A DNA stretch of 64,000 nucleotides, taken from the NCBI GenBank assembly GCA_965112735.1, contig OZ218958.1, positions 868,001 to 932,000 on the forward strand, written 5' to 3'. Positions within the stretch are counted from its first letter, which is position 1, and the number at the start of each line of letters is the position of its first letter. Shown here in pieces: positions 1 to 14,100 of the stretch. The notes beneath the pieces are model-generated. The model saw only the letters and a program-made list of their open reading frames with translations. It was not told the origin of the DNA and did no database searches. The position numbers were made by a program, and so were the translations under genes. The DNA comes from Phaeosaccion multiseriatum (lineage: Eukaryota > Protista > Ochrophyta, other classes).

Positions 1-59
1 GTGTGTGTTTACGTACACATGCTTATGTATGTCTGTCTCTGTGTGTGTCTGTCTCACAG

Positions 60-3000
60 CCTGCGTGTGCCCATTGGGATGGAGCCGTCAGTGAGTGGAG
101 CACCAACCGCTGCAGTCTCGTCTCCTTCGAGGGTAACTCTATCCGATGTGAATGCGAGGCAGATCTCCTGGACCAAGCCGAGTCCACAGCCTTCACAAGC
201 ACTCTCGTGCAGGTGGAGGGGGAGTTTACGAGTGTGGTCAGTGCGGCGGCGCTGACCGATGCCGAGAGGTGAGAACAGGCGTGTGAGGAGGGGGGGGGTT
301 TGGGAAGGATAGGAGGGGATACAGGTGGAAGAAGGGGGAAGGGGCTTGCAAGTTGGTGGTTTGGTGTTGTGCCCTTCCCTCACACACTCACATTGCGGTG
401 TTGTGATGCTCTATCGCACCCTCACGTTCCCACACCCTCACTTGTTGGTGATACATCACACCCTCACAGCTTCGAGCGCAACCCCGCTGGCACGAGTTTC
501 GTGGCAGGGCTGATCGGTGTCACCCTCCTCTGCTGCGTCATTGGAGCTTCTTTGGACCGGGGAGAAAAACGCAGGGAGGAGCAGGAGGAGCAGGAGGAGC
601 AGGAGGAGCAGGAGCAGCAGTTAGTGATACAGCAGCAGGAGGAGGAGGCGTTGGCAGCCCAGCAGCAGCAGCAGCTCCCAGAGGAGAATGGCTATCGATA
701 TTCCCCAGGGGGGCCTTTGTTGGCCGCGAAAGGAGGCGGAGTGGCACTGGGCAGTGGGGCGGCGGCGGTGTGGGTTGGTGGTACGACGGCCTCGACGACA
801 ACTGTGAAGCACGTGCAACCAGGCAACCCTCTGTCCAAGCACAGGGGTGGGGCTTCCGCGCTCGACTTGAAGTTGACTCGCAGTCAGAGCGTCGCTGTAT
901 TGCCACCTTCGCAACAAGAGCGAGGGCGGTTCGATGATCAGGGAAATGAGGGAGGTCCGGGGAAGGCCTCCTCCTCCTTGGTCTTGGCCTTGCCAAGTGA
1001 GGGGAGTGAGAGGAGGATGAGGTCGGAGGAGGTGGATGTGGATGTGGATGGGGCCATGGCGGATACGGCGGCGGCATCTGTGAAAGTGGCGGAGCTGGAC
1101 GAGCTTGGGGGCTTTTGGCACACCCTCGTTTCGAGGCATTTCTTGCTCACTCCGGTGCCGTACAACAGGTCAGAGAGAGAGAGGGGGGGAGAGAGAAGAG
1201 GGGAGATGGAGAGACGTGTCGAATCGATGGATCGATGGATTACCCCACACCACACACCCCGTCTTTCTACGGCTGAGCACCAGAGACCGGTGCACGCACG
1301 CACGCCTGCGCGCCTGCCCTTCTCTCTCTCTCTCTCTGTTGCTCCCTCCCTGCACTCTCTTGCTGTCGTCCATTCCACCCTTCCATCATTTCTATCGTGC
1401 TCCCTTCCTCTGTTTCTCACCTCTCCTCCCCTCTCTTCCTCTCTCAAATCTCTCCCATCATCTGTTAAACAACCCCCCCCCCCCCCCCCCCCCCCCACCA
1501 CCACCACCACCCCACCCGCACACATTATATGCAATCAAGCAGTGAGGTGTCACGCGTGAAGCGCATCGCTTGGATTTTCATCAACCTCTCGTGTCTACTT
1601 GTGGCAGAGGCAATCTTCTTCGTCGTAGAGAGCGGAGACGAGCGCCTCACCAACTGTGAGAGCCTGTCCACCCCCGAAGCCTGCCGTGACAAGGCCACCC
1701 CGACAGGCAGCGCAGCGTGCGAGTGGGAGTTTCAGAGTCAGTCGTGTCGCTTCATCCCACCTCCCAATGACTTCTATCTCATCATTCAGACAAGGTATAC
1801 GGCTGCCTGTATGCCTGCCCGTATGCCTGCCCATACACCTGCCCATATACCTGCCCATATACCTGCCTGTATGCCTGCCCATATGCCTGCCTGTATGGCT
1901 GCCTGTATGCCTGCCCATGTGCCTGCCCATGTACCTGCCTGTATACTTGCCTGTATGCCTGCCCATACACCTTCCCATATACCTGCCCATATACCTTCCC
2001 ATATGCCTGCCTATATGCCTGGCGTCATTGAGGAGTGCGGGGGTCAGGACGTGAAGCTCCTCCCTTCCCTTGGAGATACCCTTGGAGAGGGTCGTCCGGG
2101 CTCCGCTCTCTGTGTGTGGTTATGCTTTAGTAACACCCTTCTATCTCTTGTGTCTGTCTCTCTGTCTTCCTTGCCCTCCGTTTCTCTACCCCCCCCCCCT
2201 CCCTCTCTCTTCGCTCCCTCCCCCCCCAAACTCGTCCTTCCCAGTGTATTGATTGCCATCGTGGCAGTTCCGCTTGCGATTATTGTGGACATTGGCTTTG
2301 ATCAGTACATTTACCCCCCTGTGAGAGAGCGGACGCCGAAGAGGAAGGAGCTAGAGGGGCAAGGACAGGGGCAAGGACAGGGGCAAGGACAGGGGCAAGA
2401 GGAGGAGGAGGAGGAGGAGGAGGAGGAGGATGAGGAGGATGAGGAGGAAGAGGAGCAACGCGTGGCAGTGGATGGAGACGAAGAGGCGTCACGAGGGGCG
2501 ACGCAGCGGCAGCGTGGCGGGAGGGTGGATTTGCAACACGGCTTGGACAAGAAGGAGGAGTACAAGGGCAACAACAACAACAACAACAACAACAAGAAGA
2601 AGAAGAACAATCTGTCTTCCTTCATGCGGCGCAGCGCTCTTGAAGACGATGCTGGACAGCATGGGCAAGGGACAGACGAGGAGGAGAAGCAGGAGGAGGA
2701 GGTGGAGGTGGAGGTGGAGGAGGAGGAGAAGGACTTGGAGGAGAAGGAGAAGGAGGAGGAGGAGGGGGGGGGGGGGTACAACCCCCAGAGGCACGGGGGG
2801 GAGCCCGCCCACCTTCTGCCATTCCCTGCCTTGGACGCAGCGGGCGGAAAGTGCGACAGCAGAGGTGTTTCCACACGAAGGTGGTCACCATCTGCATCGA
2901 TGGGCATTCGCCGGGGGGTCTCTGCTGCTGCTGCTGCTGCTGTTGGTGCTGCTTCTGTTGGTGCAGAACCGGCGTCGTCGTCGTCATCGTCTAGACCATC

Positions 3001-3634
3001 AACACCATCTCCTGGGGAGCGCTCTTCGCCAAAGTCCTTGTCCACCTCTGATCTCAGGCCACCGCACCCGCTTTCCAGCCCTCCGCCCAAGCGTCATCCA
3101 CTGCCATCTTCCGTGTCTGCGATCCCGACGGCTACAGAGGGATGGTCCAGCGTTTCGTTCTCGACGCTTCCCAGGAAAAGATCCAGCAAGTCCACTGCTC
3201 TGATGAGCCCCGGGAGCGGAGGGCGGGGAAGTGGAAATGGAGGAAGCGTAGGCGTTGATAGTAGTGGTGGTGGTGGTGGTGGTAGTGATGGTAGTGGTGG
3301 TGGTGTTGGTGGTAGTGGTGGTGGTGGTGGTGGGCTGTCCAGAGAGTCGTCCTCTGGCTATGTCTACTTGGAGGGTGGGGAAAAGCAGCGCGGTAGCAAA
3401 GCCGCCCTCCTCGCCCCTCATGATCATGATCAGGTGAGAGCAGACAAGCAAGTACAGTGTGTGTGTGAGAGCAGACAAGTACAGTGCAAGCACAGTACTG
3501 GCAGGGGATGGCAGGGGATGGAAAGCAGGTGATGGCAGGGGATGGATGTCTGACGCTCCCGGTGATGGGCCTTGCACCACCCTTACTTACTTACCCTTAC
3601 TTAACCTTCCACCCCCTCCGCTGGGTACGGGCTT

Positions 3635-3675
<41 letters not shown>

Positions 3676-4314
3676 TGTGTGCGTGTGTGCACTCCTGATC
3701 CATAGGGGAGCTGGCATAAGCGGGCAGCAGGAGCAGGAGCAGCAGGAGCGGATATTCGGCGCCAGCGGAAAGATGTCGTTGAGCATCGCGCGGAGCAGGA
3801 GCTGCAGCTTGCAATTGAAAAGAAGGTGGGGAGGAGGAGCAGAGGGGGAGAGGAAGGGGGGAGGAGGAGGGGAGAGGGTGGGGAGGGGGGTGGGGGGAAG
3901 AGGGGAAGGAGAGGGGAGTGAGAGAGAGAGAAAGAGGGAGAGCTGTCACCTAGACAGGGAGAAGGATAAGAGAAGGAAGGACGGACGGACGGACGGACGG
4001 ACAGATGGAAGGAAGGGAAAAAAGGCATTTTCTTCATGTCTAAACACACATCCGACAATCCCTCTCCGCTTCTCCTTCTCCGCCTCCTCGCCCTCCTTCA
4101 TGGCACAGGGTGGAGCGAGTAACGTCTCTGATCGGTGGGTCCGAAGAACGAGGAAGAGTATCTTGGCAGAGGCGAGACGGAGTTTCCTTATTGAGCGGGA
4201 CATGGCGGCTCTTGACGACCCACACGACAAGTGAGTTTGTGAATATGTGTGTGTGAGAGAGAGAGAGAGAGGGAGAGAGGGAGACAGAGAGAAGACTTTC
4301 AAGTGAGTTTGTGA

Positions 4315-4345
<31 letters not shown>

Positions 4346-6602
4346 GGAGACAGAGAGAAGACTTTGAGTGCGTGATGCATGAGTGTGAGTGTAGGAGTGT
4401 TAAGTAGTATTATGTGTGTGCGTGTGTATGTGAGAGAGGGGCTCTTTCTATAGTGCCATCTGTGATGTTCCTAAACCAATCGCTCACTAATCGCTCACTC
4501 GTATCTCTTTCTTGTGCGACAGGAACCTGCTCCTCCTTGATGCCGCCATCGTGGGCGGTCTCAAGATTCAGAGGCGGAGATTGCTGCAGGTGGGTGGCAA
4601 AGAAAAGGAGGAAGAGAGAAGAGGGGAGGAGAGGAGAGGAGAGGGGAGGCGCCACCCTCATACCCTCTCACACTCACCCTCATCCATCCCCAATCCTCGC
4701 TCTTCACTCAAAATCTTCTCTCCCGTCAGGCCTCTTGGTTCCGGCCACGCAATTGGTCTGGCGAGGAGTGGCGTGTCGTCGAGAGATGGCAGAAGGTGTT
4801 GGCATGGACCCTGCTGCTGCTGCTCGCGTCGGGGTCCCTCTTTTACGTCTTCCTCTTCGGTGAGTCGGCAGAGGATGGGATGGGATAGACTAATTGACTG
4901 ACGGACTGACTGGCAGGACGAGGATGGGGAGGTAAAGGAGGAGGAGGAAGAGGAGGAGGAGGAGGGGAGGAGGAGGAGGAGGATGTGGGGGAGGGGGGGG
5001 GGGGAGGAGGAGGAACAGGAGGAGGGCTGTGTTTCTTGTTTGTATTCCCACACGGACAAACTCACCCACCCCTTTCTCTCTCCCTCCCTTCTTCCCTCCC
5101 TGTATCACCAACAGGTGTATACCACTCACAGGAGACGACGATTGAGTTTGTCAAGGTGTACACTATCATCATCGCCCTCACCATCTTCGTGCTGGAGCCG
5201 CTCCGTGTCTGCCTGCTCTTCATGTTGGTGCCTTTCGTGGCGTACGACAATCTCTCCAAGAGAAAGGTCTTTAAGCATGTGAGTAGGGCAGGCCTTTTCA
5301 CACTTCTGCTACTAGAGGAGAGGACAGGAGCGCAGCACAGAGGAAAGGAGAGGAGAGCAGAGCAGAGCAGAGCAAGAGGAGAGTAGAAGAGAAGAGAGAC
5401 TGCAGTTGTCTTGTTTCTTTGGCAGCTCCGTCACCCCCCTTTCTCTTATCGTCTAGCTGCACGGGAGGAGACAGAATGAGACTTGTGTCCGATCTCAGAC
5501 GTCTATCCTTCCAGTGACTTACGCCTAAACCCCGGCTCCTGACCCTCGCCTCTTCCCCCTGCCCTCCCTCAAGATCCCCCCTCACTGTGCGGGCATGCAA
5601 GTCGCCCGTGCCCACCCAGAGCTCGAGGTCAGCAGACTCATCACCACGGGTGTGGTCCCTGCTGAGTCTCCCTTCCGCCCTTACATCCCCGGGCGGTCGC
5701 TGGACGCGCCTGCCTTGGTTGACAGTGGTCACGAGCAGCGCGGATGCTGCTGCTTTGGAGGCGGAGGAGGAGGAGGAGGAGGAGGAGAGCGAGGCAGCGG
5801 GTGTGGGCTGTCTTGCTGCGCTTATGTCTCCGCCCCCGGGCTGTGGGGCGGTACGCTCTGGTTTCTCACCAAGTTCTGTCAAGTGCTGCTGATGGTGGTG
5901 TATATGCTGCCCAGCGAGCACTGGCGTGACTTGATAGTGGAGGTGATAATCCCCATCCCTGCGGGCTTCACCATGGTTGGCTGTGAGTACCTCTACGAGC
6001 AGCACCCGGCCTTGCTTATCCTTCCAATCCTCCTGGTGGTGTGGATGGTGTGGGGGATGCATCGTCTTCATCGTCGCGTCGTGGCTGAGCTCAAGAGGGT
6101 CGCGGCGGAATCTGCTGCCATCGCCAACTCGACACGTCGAGCTGCTGGTGCTTCCCTGGAGGCGACGGAGAATCAGAATCAGAAGCAGAAGCAGAAACAG
6201 TCGCAACCGCAGTCGTGGGTTGAAGCGGTGGAAGCTATGGAAGTGATACCACGGACATGTGACGATGGTGGTGGTGGTGGTGGTGGGGGTGGTGGTGAGA
6301 GCGGTGAGGAGGAGAGAAGCCCGGCACTCATGGAAGGAGGTGGTGGTGGTTATGGTGGTTATGGTGGTGGTTATGGTGGTTATGGTGGTGGTGGTGGTAG
6401 AGGAGGAGGAGGAGGAGAAGGAGGGGGAGGAGGAGGAGGAGGAGGAGGAGGAGGAGGAGGAGGAGGAGGAGGAGGAGGAGGAGGAGGTGTTGATCGTGGT
6501 GGTGGTGAAGGAGGAGGGGGGGGGGGAGGCGGGGAGGCATGGGAAGTCCTCAGGGTCAAGTATAGAAACGCGAGTACAAACGAGGACTCCAAGTTGGGGT
6601 GA
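60..6602 (+). CDS. 5'-partial multi-exon membrane protein with a GPS-like motif followed by TM segments (polycystin-1/REJ-GPS-like architecture)
   Basis: Exon ~60-268 reads PACAHWDGAVSEWSTNRCSLVSFEGNSIRCEC (C-x2-W...W-S-T-x2-C...C-x-C GPS pattern). Hydrophobic segments follow: FVAGLIGVTLLCCVIG (470-1168), RVKRIAWIFINLSCLLVAEAIFF (1542-1794), VLIAIVAVPLAIIVDIGF (from 2245), VYTIIIALTIFVLEPL (5115-5278), LWGGTLWFL...LLILPILLVVWMVWG (last exon, TGA at 6602). Candidate exons are bounded by GT..AG; the start lies upstream of the window. Confidence 0.7.
1801..2020. repeat. 12-bp minisatellite (ATGCCTGCCCAT/ATACCTGCCCAT variants) inside an intron
   Basis: About 18 degenerate tandem units after the donor at 1795; produces the spurious MPAH/CLPI ORF repeats. 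Confidence 0.9.
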
Positions 6603-7698
6603 AGAAGTGGACTCTGTGTTTAAGGGAGGAGAGGAGGAGGCATGTAGGCAGCCACTGTGAGGAGAGGAGAAAGGAGAGTGAAAGAAGGCGATTTTTTTGA
6701 AGGATGCACACAAGGGAGTATGCACCCATGAGATGAGGAAGTTTTGGGAGTAGTAGTAGAGGAGAGAATTTTAAGATGTCTCTCTCTCTCTCTCTCTCTC
6801 TTTAAGAGTCTCAATTTACAGATAGAGAGACTTGAGAGAGATTACATGCACATGAATATATGTATTTGTATGAATGTATGTTTCCGAACTTGAGTGTACA
6901 CACCTACGCGCCCCTTGCCTCCGTCTGACTGACCAGCGCAGTCAAACTTTGTGGCTGAGTTGCTAGCTGGCTTGCTTGCTTGCTTGCTTGCTCGCTTGCT
7001 CGCTTACCTTGCTTGTGTGTATGGTGACTCCGAGTCCGCATGTGCCGCCGTCAACAGACTGACCGAGAAGTGCGGCAGAAAACAACACGCGGACGGAGAT
7101 CCACCAGCCACTCCCACGCCCACACCCACGCCCCCTCTCCCTCTCCTACCCTCCCATCCACTGCCATCGCCCCAAACCCCGTCCCCTGCCACCCCCCCCC
7201 TCCTCGCCACTGCCACCCATTCCTCACTCCCCGATAGTCGATGGCCACCCCTCCCACCCCCCCTCCATCGTCGAGCGATCCGGGAAGGCTGAGGCGCATC
7301 TCCTCCGAGTGCTGCGCATAGAGCCACCATCGGCTATTCATGGCCCACCATGAGACGCCCACACGACGGCTTGAACCGGCCGTGGTGCATGGCTGGGGCA
7401 AGAGTCGTGAACGTGCACGAAAACGCTCTCTCTCACTCCTCCTCTTTCCCCCTCCGCCCCCTCCCCTTCTTCACCCCTCAACAACCTCTGCTTCTACCAC
7501 CCATGTATTGGCCCGACGGGCAATGCTGCGCTGATTGGCTGACTGATCCACCTCATCGTATCCAATCGGTCGTAGCAAGCAGAGAGCCACGCATCCACCC
7601 AAGCCAGTCCAGCCCCCCCCCCCCGAAGTGAGCCCAATATCCGACGACACTCAGCAGCCATGAGTCTCCCCAGTCTCTGGAGGTAGATGCTCTGTGCG

Positions 7699-8398
7699 TC
7701 ACTCTGACCCCGTCATCGATGGGGCTGGAAGCTTCTTCGGTTCTGCGTCTGCATCTTGTGCTGGGCGGAAAGCCAGGCTAACATCCTGACGAGGAGCCAG
7801 GCCTTCTTCAGCTTCGGAGAGAGCACGGGCACCACCACTCTGACGCCTACGAGGGGGGGGGCGGTGCCTCATCTTGTGCTTGGGAGCAATGTTCAGCAGC
7901 GCCTCCGATCTCTGCTTTTGCTTCTCCTCCTCGCTGTAGCTGTTGGCATGCAGCCGCGTCTTGGTGTCGGTGCGCACCCAGCCGACAGGCAGAGGCACAT
8001 CGCCAGTAGGCCTCTTCGCCGCCCCTTCTATTGTCCCAAGGATGGGTGTCTCGTCTGTCTTGGGCCACCATAGGCCTTCATCCACAGCCTTGCCTGTGAT
8101 TTCGACGTCATTGCGTGGAAAGGGGCAAATGGTCACTCCATAGGCCACGGCCTTCTTCTTCTTCTTCTTCTTCTTCTTCTTCTTCTTCTTCGCCTTCCTC
8201 CCCACCATGGGGTTCCAAACCAGACCCTTGTTTGTCTTCTTTTTCTTCTTCTTCTTCTCCTTCTTCAACTTCTTCTTGGAGGTCGAGGATTCAGTCGGAG
8301 TCGACGCAAATGGTGCGGCGACGGCCCCTCCTGCAGACTCCTTCTCATCGTCCTCCTCCCCCCTTTCGTCCTCCTCGTCTTCCTCCTCCCCCTCCCCA

Positions 8399-8433
<35 letters not shown>

Positions 8434-10601
8434 CTCGTCCTCCTCACTGGCAAGGGATGGTCCAGAGGACGCGAAGAACGCCCTTCGGCTTCGGCTCGCG
8501 GCCCCTCCGATGAACCCAAACTGGACACCTCCCAGCCACACAGGGCGGCCATCCCAGCATCGCCGAATCCCGAGCCGCTCCATCTCTTCCCAGTCGTCGT
8601 TAGCGATAGGAGGTCCGCGGGCAACGAGCGCTCGACATGCGCTATCGAAGTCTGTCGCCCCAGCGGCGGTGACGGCGGCCAGTTCCGCCTCTTTCCCTTC
8701 CTCAATGGCCTGCTTCACCTCCTTTTCATCCTTCGCTTGGGCGAGCGCCAAGTATCCTGTGTAGACCATGATGAAGCTTCCTCCTAAGAGAGACCAGATC
8801 TCCACCTGTTGGAATGGGTTGGGTTGGTGGTCGAGCAGCGAGGGATCGAGCGAGAGAGAGAGAGGCAAAGAGAGTGAGAGAGAGAAAGAGAGAAGAGAGA
8901 GAGAGAGGAAGAGATAAAAAGACAAAAAGAGAGGGAGAGAAGCTCTCGCTCCGCTCCACTTGCCCGCTCGTGCAGAAAGAGCGCTTCGGCGATGCAAGCG
9001 TAGAAGGCAGGGAGGAAGTTCATGAAGGTGATGATGTGCTTCGGCATGCCGTAAATGTGCGCTCTGAGGGTACGAGGGGCGTAGGGTAGGGATGGAGAGA
9101 GAGCGAGATATGAGGCATGTGTGAAGTCTCTTGGTACACGCTGGCAGGCGGACGGCGAGGTAGAGTCGTAAAGAGTCGCTGGACGACGATGGCAATGGAC
9201 GATGAGCGGGGAGAGAGGGGCAGAGAGAAGGAGGATTGAGCTCCGACACGATTGATGAACACAAAAGGTGAGGGAGCGAGGGAACAGGAGGAGGAGGAGG
9301 AGGAGGAGGAGGAGGAGGAGGAGGAGGAGGAGGAGGAGGAGGAGGAGGAGGAGGAGGAGGAGGAGGAGGAGGAGGAGGAGGAGGAGGAGGAGGAGGAGGA
9401 GGAGGAGGAGGAGGAGGAGGAGGAGGAGGAGGAGGAGGAGGAGGAGGAGGAGGAGGAGGAGGAGGGGGAGGAGGAGGAGGAGGAGGAGGAGGAGGAGGAG
9501 GAGGAGGAGGAGGAGGAGGAGGAGGAGGAGGAGGAGGAGGAGGAGAGGGAGAAGGAGGAGAAGAAGAAGGCATACCTCTCCAAGCAGACTGCCCCCGCCA
9601 TTCCCGGGAAGCCCGAGGTGAGGAGGATCAGCGTGTCCATCTGTGCTCCGAAGGTCGGCAGGGGCAGGCATATGGGCGAGGCAGGGGAGAGGGGGCGTGC
9701 AGGGGCAGGAGCAGGGTCAAAGCGTGTGGTGATGAAGTGGTGTGGTGGTGGTGGTGGTGGTGGTGGTGGTGGTGGTGGTGGTGGTGGTGGTGGTGGTGGT
9801 GGTGGTGGTAGTGGTGGTGGTGGTGGTGGTGGTGGTGGTGGTGGTGGTGGTGATGTAGTGGTGTGGTGGTGGTGGTGGTGGTGGTGGTGGTGGTAGTGGT
9901 AGTGTGCGGCAAAGGAGGGGAGCTGAGCCGGCGAAAGAAGAGGGAAGAGACGTGAATGAAGCAAAGCGTCTCGAGCTGGAGAGGCACAAGTGAAACAAGT
10001 GGAGTGAGTGAGCATTTCCCTCAGGGAGTCAGTCGCCTTGGTCCCCCCCCCCAAGAGTGACAATTCCGAACGAGTCTTTGGCCACCCATGGCACATGGCC
10101 TTTTGTAGTTACTCTCTCATCGCCGAGGCAAGCGCTCAGGCACGGCCATCCTCAGGCAAGCCTTTTCATTCCAGTCGTCGTTTGGATCGTTGCATCAAAC
10201 ATACATGCGCTCACTCACCATTGAGGGGAAAGGGACGAAGCAGGTGGACAAGCTCTCATTCTGTGCCCAGGCGATGAGGAGGCTGAAGGGGAGGGCTACT
10301 ACACATAGGTAGACAGCCGACACTTGAGAGGAGAGGGGGAGGGAGGAGGGGAAGGGGGAGAGGGAGAGGGAGAGGGGGAGGAGAGAGGTGTGAGGGGGGG
10401 AAAGAGAGGGAGAGGGAGAGGGAGAGGAGAGGGAGGAAGTGAGAGACAAGATGTATTAACCGAACTCTATCCTAGGGCATTCCCTCCACCCTCTCTGCCC
10501 CTGCTCCGGGCCTTCTCGCTCGGCTCGCAGGCCTCAGATTGGAAGAGACCCGAACGCCAGCCACACAGGTGTACACACGCGCGTACACACACACACACAC
10601 G

Positions 10602-10670
<69 letters not shown>

Positions 10671-11133
10671 ACACACACGCACCCACGCACTCACGCACGC
10701 ACGCACACACACACCTGATTTGTCCCATATCTTGGACGGGTCCGCGACTCTGGACAGTTGTCCCCGCGCCTTGCTGGTGAGGTTCATGGCAATGATCATG
10801 GACATGCCGCTGGTGCTGCTCGCGATGAGGCCCACCAGCACCGCGGCTGCACGCTGACTCACACTAATGCACGATTCGCTGCCAGTTGTCACCGCACCGC
10901 GTCATTCGTTCAAGTCATGGATTGATTCGTTGGCCCGTTCGGCAAGCCAACGCCCGTCAAAGAAAGCAGCCACGTCAACCCCACGTGAGCCACACAGAGA
11001 GAGGAGAGCAACACACAGCAGAGAGAGGAGCGGCACAGAGAGCAAAGGAGATGATGCATGGCAGCAGGGTCGAAGCGACACCCAGCAGCCGTCCATCCAA
11101 CCACCGGCATTCGTGCGCACAGGTCAGCAGGTG

Positions 11134-11168
<35 letters not shown>

Positions 11169-14100
11169 TCGTGAGGTGAAGGTCAGTGTACATGTGTGTG
11201 TAGTGCATTGTGATGCGATGCAAAGCAAAGCAAAGCACAGCAGAGCGGCAAGGAGGATTCATTTCTGAAAGAGGAGTGGCTTTCTTGCTTTCTTGCTTTC
11301 TTGCTTGCTTGCATAGCTTGCATACTAGGACGATAGCCAAGCCGCTGCCAAGCACAAGGAAGAAGGCAAAGCATACACACAACAACTACAGCCCAGGCAT
11401 ATGTTGCTCGCCGCATGCTCGCACGCGCACACACACATACACGCACACGCACGCACACGCACGCACACACACGCCGCTTCAAAGGCTGTTCTTCACTACT
11501 GTTGCGCACCCCCTCGGTCAAAGGCTGAAACTACGCACCTCGTTTCAGTGGTGGGAAAGGCAGCACGGGAGTAAAATGATTCTTCCGCGAAGAATGGCCG
11601 CGGGTGGATCATAAAGAGCGCTCCTACCAAGTTGGTGATACAGCGGGCACAGGCAACGACGCACAGGCGCAGTCGTGAGCACAGTCATCAGTCAGCGCAT
11701 GCGAAAAGGGGGGCGACATGGCGGTGGTGCATTGTCAAGCATCATGTCAAGCAAGCGAAAGGGTGGGCCGACACGCGATGGAGCGGCGCCTCACTTGGTT
11801 CCAGGCGGAGGGGAGCCCTCCCCCTTCAGCGACCTACCGAAGAAGCAGGCCACGCCTCCGAAGGCCTCTTGCCTGGACCAGCACGACCCGGTCATGAGAA
11901 CAGAAATGACCACTCTGTAGGGGTGAGGACAGGCGCAGAGAGTGAGAGAGAGGGGGCGAGAGAGAGGGGGCGAGAGAGAGAGAAACAGAGAGACACAGAG
12001 GGGAGGAGAGGGAGGGAGGAGGAAGAGAGAGGGACGAGATGAGAGCGAGAGAGAGAAAGGGGAGAGAGGGGGGGGGAGAAAAGGAGAGGGAGGGAGGAGG
12101 GAGAAAGAGGGGCGGGAGGAGAGCGAGAGAGAGAAAGCGAAGAGTGAGGGAGAGGGATTTGGTGCAATCCAGCAACGAACCATCGCACAAGTGAAAACAC
12201 GTCACAAAGGAGTACACTGCTAGCTAAGTGAAGTCTCAGCAGAGCCAGTGAGGCATAATAGCGTCAGGGGCGAGAGATGAAGGAGAAAGGAAGACAGAGA
12301 GGCAGACACACACAGACACAGAGAGAGGAAGGTACGGGGGGTCAGAGAGAGCGAGAGCGAGAGTGAGAGAAGGCTGTACCCCTCTTACTTACACTGTGGT
12401 GATCAAGTTGAACTGCAGGGTCACAGCATCGGGCAGCGGCAGCCACTGCAGAAGCACATACAGAATGGAAATGGGTGTCAGGATGGCAAAAAAAACTGGT
12501 GTTGGGGCGGAAGCACGTGTGGCGGGGATGTCAAGTAGCGAATAGCCGCAACTCCGATTGATTATCTCGTTCCCAAACTGCGCCACTCGTTTGCATACGG
12601 GGCACAGGCCGAGCACCAAAGCCCTCCCGAGCCATGGTTGGCCCCAGAATGAACCCTTTCCCTTGATCGAGAAAAACCTTTTCCTTTGCTCTCTTCGACA
12701 TGTTGGGTCTGAAGACGAGGCCTCTCTCTCTCAAACGTCATCCCTCTCTCTCCCTCGTTCCACCCCCCCCCGACACCCCCTTTCTTTCTGCCCCCCGCCC
12801 TCTCTCTCCTGACCTGGGCGGCGTAGATGAAGCAAACGAGGTTTGCGAATCCACAGATGGCACGCAGCACAAGCAAAGCGTTGAAGCCGGGGTAGCCGAA
12901 AGGGTTCCTACACACGCGAAGAGAGGGGCGAGACCAGTAAGAGTAGAAGTAGAGCCATGATGAGTAAGTGAAGGCCTAGTGAGCAAAGCATTGAGCAAGC
13001 AAAAGAAAACCCCCGTAAAGGTGGAGGGACTGCCGAGGCGAGGTGAGGTGTGAGGAGCCATGTGCTGACTGCGCAGCACCTTCGAATCACGTCACATCAG
13101 TGCTAAGGCCGACCCGATGAAACGCTTAGCGTTTCTGTCGTAACCGCGACCGCGATGAAGACCGTCACCACACCACACGACAACCGCTGGTACACACACC
13201 TCCTCTCGCGGAAAAGCTGAATAGCGGCGAGGACACCGGGCACAAAGCAGCGATATATGCCGATCTGCAGGGTAGGCACCTGCGGGGAGGTAGCGGTAGG
13301 GAGAGAGAGAGGCATGTATGTGGGGAGGGAGGGAAGAGGGAGAGAAGGAGGGGACAGGTGTCGGGACCGCTGCTTACACACGGTGACCACAGAGTTGATA
13401 CGCCTCCCCTCGTCCTCCCTTCCCCACCCGGCGCTGGCCTGCTCTGCTTTGTCCGCACCCTCATGAAACAAACGGCTGCCTTGTCGACCGTCGCGTTCAT
13501 TCACGCATCCTCCCTCCCTTCCTCCCTCCTTCCCTCCTTCCCTCCCTCCCTCCCTTCCCTCACCTCCGGACCCAGCAGTTTGACGACGAGGTAGGAGCTG
13601 AAGAAGCAAAGGGTGGCCGACAGCATCCAAAACAGACCCTCAAACTTGCTCCGCTCCCACCTGCTGGTAATCGCCGCTTCACTTGCGGCTTGGGGGTTCG
13701 ATGGCGGCACGTGCAGGCGTGAGTGCTCGTCGGTCCAATCGCCGGGGGCCACCCTTCCCAAGGGTTTGATGACTGGTGTGCTGACCGTCGGGGGGGTGCC
13801 TTCCCCACTCGGACGATCAAACTTCTTCTCGGCCATCTTTGCCCTCGTCGACTTTTCCTTGGCCTTTATGAACTGTTCCATTCTGGCCTTCCTGGCATCC
13901 CTCACAATCTGCCCAGGACTGCCGTAGGACTCGGTGCTGCCGTCCACTGCTGTGCTGCTGTCCACCACTGCTCCCACCCCTTCTGTGGAGCTCACTGCCG
14001 CCGCGGCAGCCGTTGCACTCGTCTTCGCCTTGGCCGTAGCCTGGGCGGCCGTCCCCGCCGCTGTAGCCGCAGCAAGAGAAGCAGCGGCAGAAGCAGCGGC

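Noticed and set aside
1595-2054. MGRY/MPAH/CLPI repeat ORFs
   Set aside because: Products of the intronic 12-bp minisatellite.
8784-10096. Long poly-L/S/P/E/R/H ORFs
   Set aside because: Translations of intronic (GAG)n and (GGT)n microsatellites in the DMT gene.
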